From IMG/VR virus record IMGVR_UViG_3300049896_000006, positions 1 to 48,287 of that record: a DNA stretch of 48,287 nt. The stretch is one strand, 5' to 3'. The stretch's first letter is position 1; every line of letters begins with the position of its first letter. Positions 42,801-48,287 of the stretch are shown here, piece after piece. Below the pieces are notes generated by a model. It did not search any database and was not told where the DNA came from. It was given only the letters and a program-made list of their open reading frames with translations. Both the position numbers and the translations under genes were made by a program. Source of the stretch: a virus (lineage: Duplodnaviria; Caudoviricetes).

Positions 42801-43488
42801 TCAGCCGAACAACTCCACGATTACCACTCCGCCGCCGCCCGCAGTCCCGTTGACGGTGGCACCGTTCCGGGCGAAGGCGCCGGCCGCACCGCCGCCGAAA
42901 CCTCGGGGGCCACCGCCGCCGCCGTTCGAGGAGCGCTGAGCACCGCCGTGCCCAAGGTGCGACTCGCCGCCCTGCCCGGACTGGCCCTCCCCACCCGACA
43001 GCCTGAGCGCCCCTCCGCTCGCGCCACCGCCGAGGCGGATCTCACCGGTCCCCGCGAGCGGCGCAGCGACCCCGGAGAACGCGGCCGGGGTCGTCCCCGT
43101 CGTCATACCGATCGTGCCGCCCAGGCCGCCCGGGGCGACAGCGAAGCCGCCGAAGGACGACGGCCCGCCGGCCCCGCCAGCGGTGTCGAAGTCGCCCGCG
43201 ACCCCGCCGGCACCGACCGTGACGTTCTCGCTGGCGCCCAGGGCGGACGCGTCGAGGAAGGATTCGCTGTATCCGCCGCCTGTCACGCCGACCGTCGCGA
43301 CCAGCACCCCCGCCCTGGACCTTGACGCGCACGTGAGCCAGCCATGGATAGTCGGCCTTCTCGAACGTCGTCGTCCCCGGGTCGGAGAAGACCAGGACGT
43401 CACGCAGCCCCATACTCCCCGGGACCAGGCACAGACTGCCGTCGTCGTCGACCGTGAAGTAGGTACTGCAAACGCAAACAGACGCCAA
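42801..43488 (-). pseudogene. Gly-rich tail protein gene split by a frameshift near 43280-43310
   Basis: N-terminus MASVCVC...VKVQGGG in one frame, GGGYSES...GGVVIVELFG in another. Confidence 0.7.
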
Positions 43489-43515
43489 AGCTCAACCCAC
43501 CGTAATTGGTTGAGT

Positions 43516-43549
43516 CCGGCCCAAAACCAGCGACTTCAGCAGCAGGGTA
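43516..43549 (-). promoter_or_regulatory. -10 box plus 17-bp leader motif (one mismatch)
   Basis: TACCCT-N11-CGCTGGTTTTGGGCCGG; 28 nt from TTG 43488. Confidence 0.75.
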
Positions 43550-43634
43550 CGACGCGCAAGGGAGCGTATGGGAGCGTAAGGGAATACGAGCAGGGCCCTC
43601 CCCGTGTGGGAAAGGCCCTGTCGCGGAGGTCTGA

Positions 43635-44375
43635 CTAGCTGTCGAGCCACCCCCAGTTCCTACCGCTGATCGCGTTGCTGATCGTGGTCGGGTGGACGTC
43701 GTAAGCGACAGCCAGAGCAGCCTGCGTCGCACTCCTCTCTCGGTGCTGCTGCCGGATCGAACGGACGTCCTCGGCCGTCAGCAGGTGCTTCCCGTTCCGC
43801 TCGCCCCGGTTACTCCGGTCTGCCTCGATCATGTCGACCATGTTCTGCTCGTGGTCGCCGAGGTACAGGTGCCGGATGCTGATGCATCCCTCGTCGCCGC
43901 GGTGGCAGGTGTGCAGGACGTGCGCCTCTCCCGGGTCGCCGTTGGCGATCATCCAGACCGCGCGGGAAGCCGTCATGGACTGGCTCAGGTACGAGACAGA
44001 CACCCTTCCGCCGTCCGGGCCCGGGACGAGGAAACACACGTCATGCGTGACGGCCGCGCCCTGGTGGAGCAGCGCTTGCACCTCGCCGTGCGGGCGGCGC
44101 ACCACCTTCACCATGGTGGGGTCGCCGTGCCTGGTGGCGCGGATGTCGTGCTTGTCGCACATCGGGTTGGCGGTGGTCAGCCTGCGCGTGGCCTTGGTCG
44201 GGCACTGCACGCCGTTCTCGGCAACCGTGCACCGCTTGGTCTCCGCTGTGGTCCAGCGGCGTGAGAGGTGCCTCTTCGAGGCTTGCCGGCATTTGTTCGC
44301 CTTGCACACCCGGGCGTCTTTGCGCATCCCGGAGATGTCGACTGCGCAGATCGCGCATGCCCTAGCCTGTGTCAC
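43635..44375 (-). CDS. Free-standing HNH endonuclease with N-terminal Cys clusters and C-terminal HTH
   Basis: ASRAVW..ANG...VLHTC....C....HL..GDHEQN; QAALAVAYDVHPTTISNAISG; AGGAG RBS. Confidence 0.85.
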   Translation of the reverse strand: MTQARACAICAVDISGMRKDARVCKANKCRQASKRHLSRRWTTAETKRCTVAENGVQCPTKATRRLTTANPMCDKHDIRATRHGDPTMVKVVRRPHGEVQALLHQGAAVTHDVCFLVPGPDGGRVSVSYLSQSMTASRAVWMIANGDPGEAHVLHTCHRGDEGCISIRHLYLGDHEQNMVDMIEADRSNRGERNGKHLLTAEDVRSIRQQHRERSATQAALAVAYDVHPTTISNAISGRNWGWLDS

Positions 44376-44461
44376 GTGTCGACTCCTACTCAGTCGGCCA
44401 TGCGGCCCCCCGCACCTGGTGCCAACCTCGCGGGGGGTCGCTGTCGTTGGATATAACGAGG

Positions 44462-44914
44462 TCAGCGCCCTTGCGGTTCCGGGGCAGGCATGGCGACGAC
44501 GTGCACCCGGACGCCCTCGCCGACGGGCAGCCCGACCGGCACCCGCCACACCCTCAGCACCGCGTGCGACGCCTCCGCCTCCTCCCACACGGCGAGGACC
44601 GTCATCGCCCCGTCCGGGTCGGGGTCCACCGCGGTCGCGGTCAGGATCGGCGCCACGGCGAAGGGCTCGTCGTACGTCCACCTGGCCCGCCCGTCCTCCT
44701 CGGTGACCAGCACCGCAGCCGCCCCCGCAGGGCCCCCGGGCGGACCGGCCGGACCCGGCGCCCCTCGCGGCCCCCGCGGCCCCTCCACCGGCGACGCAGC
44801 CGCGCCCTTGCCCCGGCCTCGCCCCGTCGGCCGGGACCGCCGGTCGAGATCCCTCAGGAGCCCGCCCAACACGTTGCCCTGCATCCGCCGGCTAGGTCCG
44901 CCTCGTCGCGCCAT
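44462..44914 (-). CDS. Minor tail protein with short collagen-like stretch
   Basis: GPRGPRGAPGPAGPPG; TGATG-coupled. Confidence 0.65.
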   Translation of the reverse strand: MARRGGPSRRMQGNVLGGLLRDLDRRSRPTGRGRGKGAAASPVEGPRGPRGAPGPAGPPGGPAGAAAVLVTEEDGRARWTYDEPFAVAPILTATAVDPDPDGAMTVLAVWEEAEASHAVLRVWRVPVGLPVGEGVRVHVVAMPAPEPQGR

Positions 44915-45954
44915 CAGGACGTCTCCGCTCCGGTCACCGCTACCTGTACCTGCACGCTCTCACTGCCCGGACTGTCCCCGTCCCCGCCCGTCTCGGTCAC
45001 GGTCACGCCAACGATCTTGAGCCGCTGTCCGATCCGCCGGCAGGTGAGCGCACTCGTGATGTCGAGGCACCAGCCGGGCACCAGCTGTGCAACATCGATC
45101 GCCGCCTGAGGGGACAGGGTCACCTGCTGCGAGTCGATGAACACCGGGACCGGCAGGGACGAGCGAAGCTTCGCGGCCGCGACCGCCGCGGCCGACGCAT
45201 CGTCAGGGATCGACGACTCCTCTACGTACCGCTCCAACAGCCCGTAGTACTCGTGCGACCCGCCGGCCGACCCCAGGACCTCCCCGTCGTCGTCCCCCGC
45301 GACGACCCACCTGGTGCCCAGAGACGTACCATCCTCGGCGACCACCAGGCCCTCAGGGAAGTCGGCGTCGTCGAGCCGGCCGACGCTCGCCGAATGGTCC
45401 TCAGGCAGCAGGACGATCGTCGGCCCGATGACGGTGAAGTCGATGCCCGTGTCAGCGAGGTCGAGCAGATGGTCAAGGGTCTGCCCGACGTCCTCAATGT
45501 ACGAGCGCGACCCCTTGACCTTCGCCGGGCCCACGACCTGCACCGTGTGCCCCGGGTCGTCCGGGGCAAAGCCATCCTCAATCAGGGCCTCGGCCACGGT
45601 CATCAGGTCGACGTCCGTGAACGTCATATCGGAATGGGGCACCCTGCGGGCCAGCCACGCACTGATGTCCTGCGCGAACAGCTCCACCTCGCCGTACCGC
45701 CACTCGACGTTGATGATCGGGCCGACCCAGACCAGCACCCCGTCCCGGAAGATGACCAGCGAATGTCTCCAGGAACGGACCTCGCCCAAACGCTCACAGC
45801 AATCACCCTGAGGATTGATCACGACCCGGGCCGTGCTGGTCTCGTCCAGTGCACGAGTCCACTCGATCTCGGTCAGGACTTCCGCCTCAGCGATCGTGCC
45901 GCCCGTCCGGTCAACGATTCTCGCGGTGTTCGTGCCGCATCCAGCGACGGCCAC
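44914..45954 (-). CDS. Minor tail / baseplate hub-like protein
   Basis: LVIFRDG.LVWVGPI, YYGLLER; position after Dit-like gene; start re-called at GTG 45954. Confidence 0.75.
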   Translation of the reverse strand: MAVAGCGTNTARIVDRTGGTIAEAEVLTEIEWTRALDETSTARVVINPQGDCCERLGEVRSWRHSLVIFRDGVLVWVGPIINVEWRYGEVELFAQDISAWLARRVPHSDMTFTDVDLMTVAEALIEDGFAPDDPGHTVQVVGPAKVKGSRSYIEDVGQTLDHLLDLADTGIDFTVIGPTIVLLPEDHSASVGRLDDADFPEGLVVAEDGTSLGTRWVVAGDDDGEVLGSAGGSHEYYGLLERYVEESSIPDDASAAAVAAAKLRSSLPVPVFIDSQQVTLSPQAAIDVAQLVPGWCLDITSALTCRRIGQRLKIVGVTVTETGGDGDSPGSESVQVQVAVTGAETS

Positions 45955-45983
45955 GGCCGGACCTCCCCACACGGGTAAGAGGT

Positions 45984-46014
45984 CCGGCCCACAACCAGCG
46001 ACAGCGCCAGCGTA
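45984..46014 (-). promoter_or_regulatory. -10 box plus 17-bp leader motif
   Basis: TACGCT-N8-CGCTGGTTGTGGGCCGG; 30 nt from GTG 45954. Confidence 0.8.
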
Positions 46015-46026
46015 GCCAGGCGCCAG

Positions 46027-47463
46027 TCAGAAGCCTCTGCCGGACAGGCTCAGCTTGAAGAGGGCGTCAGCAGCCGGCGGGTTGGCCACGTCGGTTTCCA
46101 GGCAGACCACATAGCGGGAGCAGTCCATCTGAGGGAAGGTCAGCGGGCCGCCATCAAGTCCGTAGACATCAGGGCTGGTCTCGCAGGTGCCGCCGCACTC
46201 GACGATCGCCCGCCCGACCTGGCCGTCCAGGGTCACGGCCCCGCTGGCCGGAACGTACGTGAGGAAGTACGCCGCCAGCGGCGAGCAACGCTTCTGGTCG
46301 GCGATCTCCTCGCAGCTCAGCGCCTCCTCGTCCTCGGTCCGCTCATAGATCGTGATCGATACGTTCCGCAGGTCCTTGCTCCCCGCTCGGACGGTGATCG
46401 TGGGAGTGTCGACGGACCATGCCGGGCAGTCGGTCAGGTCGACGTCACAGCACTGCCGTTCCACGGCGAGGGGCAGGCAGTAGCAGGTGCTCAGTTCCGC
46501 GACGGTCGGCGGGGTCGGCGGCTGGCACTTGTCGTCGCTGCACGTCACGGTCGCGTCCACGCACTCGGCGAACCGGCACGTCGCATCGCACGGGTCCTCT
46601 TCGTCGTCCACGGGCCAGGTGAGGCCCGTACAGGCGGCGTTCACCACCGGGGCCGCGATGCCCGTCCCCGAGCAGCTGTCGACAACGTCGACGCACAGGG
46701 TGCTGGTGTTCGTCTCGCCCTTGATGCACCAGGTGATGCACGAGGTGCTCGCGTCCAGGGGCAGCCGGGACTCCAGGACGGGCAGGCTGTCCGTCCACAA
46801 CCAGGGCGTAGCGGCGACCAGCGTGAACTCCACCGTGAGGATGTCCGCGCCGCTGGAGCACTCGCCGCCGGCGGTGCAACCGTCGCCGACCCGCTCGATC
46901 ACCCGCGGCCCGTCGACCAGGGCGACCCGGCGCAGCGTCCGGCGGTGCGTCTCTGTGAAACACAGCTCAGTCATCTCCTCCTCGGGGCAGCACGCGTACA
47001 GCTCGACACAGTCGCCGTCGCACGCATTCTTCGCGCAGCCCTGGAGAGCCTCCTGCAGCCAATGAAATCCGTACTCCACACCGCAGCAGGACGCACCCAG
47101 GAGGATGCCGGTGACGACGATCGTGCGGGGGAGGACACGGGCCGGCCCGAGGACGCCGCCCCCGGTGATCGCGTTCGTCACGGACCGGGCGACGGGGTAC
47201 TCGTCGAGCCCTTCCATGGACAGGACGAGGAAGCCGGCGAAGTCCTCGCTCTCGGGGACGGCCGGGTCGTACCAGGGGGCGAGGTCGGTCGCCGGGTCGA
47301 CGTACGGTTCATCCCCGAGCATCTCGGCCGTGAGGGTGGGGCAGACACAGACCGCCGCCTGCGACAGGGGCGAGCCGACAGCCTCGGCTTGCAAATACGC
47401 GTTGAGCCGCACCGCGTTGGCGATCTCGACCCCGCCGAGGGTGAAGTAGTCAAGGAGCGGCAC
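46027..47463 (-). CDS. Cys-rich distal-tail-like protein
   Basis: First minus-strand gene after tape measure; YFTLGGVEIAN..RL.AY, VEFTLVAATPW. Confidence 0.75.
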   Translation of the reverse strand: MPLLDYFTLGGVEIANAVRLNAYLQAEAVGSPLSQAAVCVCPTLTAEMLGDEPYVDPATDLAPWYDPAVPESEDFAGFLVLSMEGLDEYPVARSVTNAITGGGVLGPARVLPRTIVVTGILLGASCCGVEYGFHWLQEALQGCAKNACDGDCVELYACCPEEEMTELCFTETHRRTLRRVALVDGPRVIERVGDGCTAGGECSSGADILTVEFTLVAATPWLWTDSLPVLESRLPLDASTSCITWCIKGETNTSTLCVDVVDSCSGTGIAAPVVNAACTGLTWPVDDEEDPCDATCRFAECVDATVTCSDDKCQPPTPPTVAELSTCYCLPLAVERQCCDVDLTDCPAWSVDTPTITVRAGSKDLRNVSITIYERTEDEEALSCEEIADQKRCSPLAAYFLTYVPASGAVTLDGQVGRAIVECGGTCETSPDVYGLDGGPLTFPQMDCSRYVVCLETDVANPPAADALFKLSLSGRGF

Positions 47464-47492
47464 GAGCCAGCCTTCCGCGCTGTGCTGACGGC

Positions 47493-47525
47493 CCGGCCCA
47501 CAACCAGCGGCGCGCGCTCAGTGTA
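47493..47525 (-). promoter_or_regulatory. -10 box plus 17-bp leader motif
   Basis: TACACT-N10-CGCTGGTTGTGGGCCGG; 30 nt from GTG 47463. Confidence 0.8.
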
Positions 47526-47590
47526 GGTGCGCTACCGCCCGCCCCCCTGTTCGCCAGGTACCAGCGGTGATGGTCGGGCATCCTGAGCAC

Positions 47591-47833
47591 ATGAGCACAG
47601 ACGCGCCGGAGATGTTCCTTTTCGACCTGCCTGCCGGTGCCACGGTCGCGGCCGTGGACATGCCGGCGGGTCCGGTCCAGTGTTCCGAGTGCCCTCGCAT
47701 GCTGACCTCCGAGAAGTCGATCGCGGCAGGGGTCGGCCCGGGGTGCGCCGCCAAGCTGGGCCGGGTCGTCATCGTCGCGCAGCGCCGTGCCGGCGCCCGC
47801 CGTCGGCGCCGCCAGGGCACGGCCGCAGCCTGA
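47591..47833 (+). CDS. DUF6011-like Zn-binding protein, antisense to tail operon
   Basis: CSECPRMLTSEKSIAAGVGPGC. Confidence 0.75.
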   Translation: MSTDAPEMFLFDLPAGATVAAVDMPAGPVQCSECPRMLTSEKSIAAGVGPGCAAKLGRVVIVAQRRAGARRRRRQGTAAA

Positions 47834-47887
47834 CCCGCGCCTTGGATTCATCGCGCCGGCGTCGGCCTCACGTCTTCGGACCGAAGG

Positions 47888-48287
47888 TCACAGGCCACTC
47901 CCCGCGAGGGCAAGCCGGTTCGCGACCCGGTGAGCTGTCGCCCGAGCGTTGCCTACCTCGCTGATGTGGAAGGTGTTGCTCACCGTGGCACCCGAGGCCG
48001 CAGCCTGCCCGCCCGTACCGCGGCCGCCGGCCGCCGGACGCCTCGCCGCCGCTGTCTCCTGTCCGCGCTGCTGCGCCCGCTGAGCGCGCGTCAGCGGGAT
48101 CACGGTGTCGGACGGCAGGCTCCCGGCAAGGCCGGGCATCCCCGAGAACTCCGAAGCGACCGCCGAGACAACACCCCTCGCCGCGGTGCGGGCCGCGACC
48201 TGGAGCGCAGCCATCCTGCTGAGGAGGCCGCCGTGCAGGCCAGCCCCGGTCATCTCGCCGATCCGGTGGAACACGTGCGACGGGCTG
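47888..48287 (-). CDS. Tape measure protein C-terminus (runs off window)
   Basis: SPSHVFHRIGEMTGAGLHGG motif; position upstream of tail genes. Confidence 0.7.
   Translation of the reverse strand, partial: SPSHVFHRIGEMTGAGLHGGLLSRMAALQVAARTAARGVVSAVASEFSGMPGLAGSLPSDTVIPLTRAQRAQQRGQETAAARRPAAGGRGTGGQAAASGATVSNTFHISEVGNARATAHRVANRLALAGSGL

Larger units (their letters stand above)
1..48287. mobile_element. Temperate actinophage (siphovirus-type) genome segment, apparently non-integrated (attP intact)
   Basis: Tail-lysis-accessory-attP/int-repressor-recombination-replication gene order; phage genes on both sides of the att core; no host genes. Confidence 0.9.

Noticed and set aside
42560-42939. 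Short ORFs across repeat cluster D
   Set aside because: Translations only mirror the DNA repeat and overlap the promoter motif

Overview
High-GC actinomycete (Streptomyces-type) temperate siphovirus DNA fills the window; no host housekeeping genes are seen. Right to left on the minus strand: tape-measure C-terminus, Cys-rich tail genes (with an HNH endonuclease, a frameshifted Gly-rich gene and a duplicated fibre+partner cassette), a lysis cassette (DUF2829/Tad2-like, amidase, holin), an accessory block (NsdA-like XRE-TPR regulator, HATPase, DUF397, JmjC oxygenase), an intact-looking attP, a tyrosine integrase, a repressor/Cro/Xis switch, an early operon (YqaJ, RecT, DEDD exonuclease, WhiB, replication initiator with iterons), and a separately regulated membrane-protein operon resembling plasmid spread loci. 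The attP core is a tRNA 3' end that best matches bldA tRNA-Leu as I recall it. Strongest unexplained signals: four dispersed TGTCCGGACA clusters, a 17-bp motif 28-30 nt upstream of five tail genes behind a -10 box, and the bldA-type att site next to development-regulator-like genes. Family calls come from motif recognition only; no searches were run.
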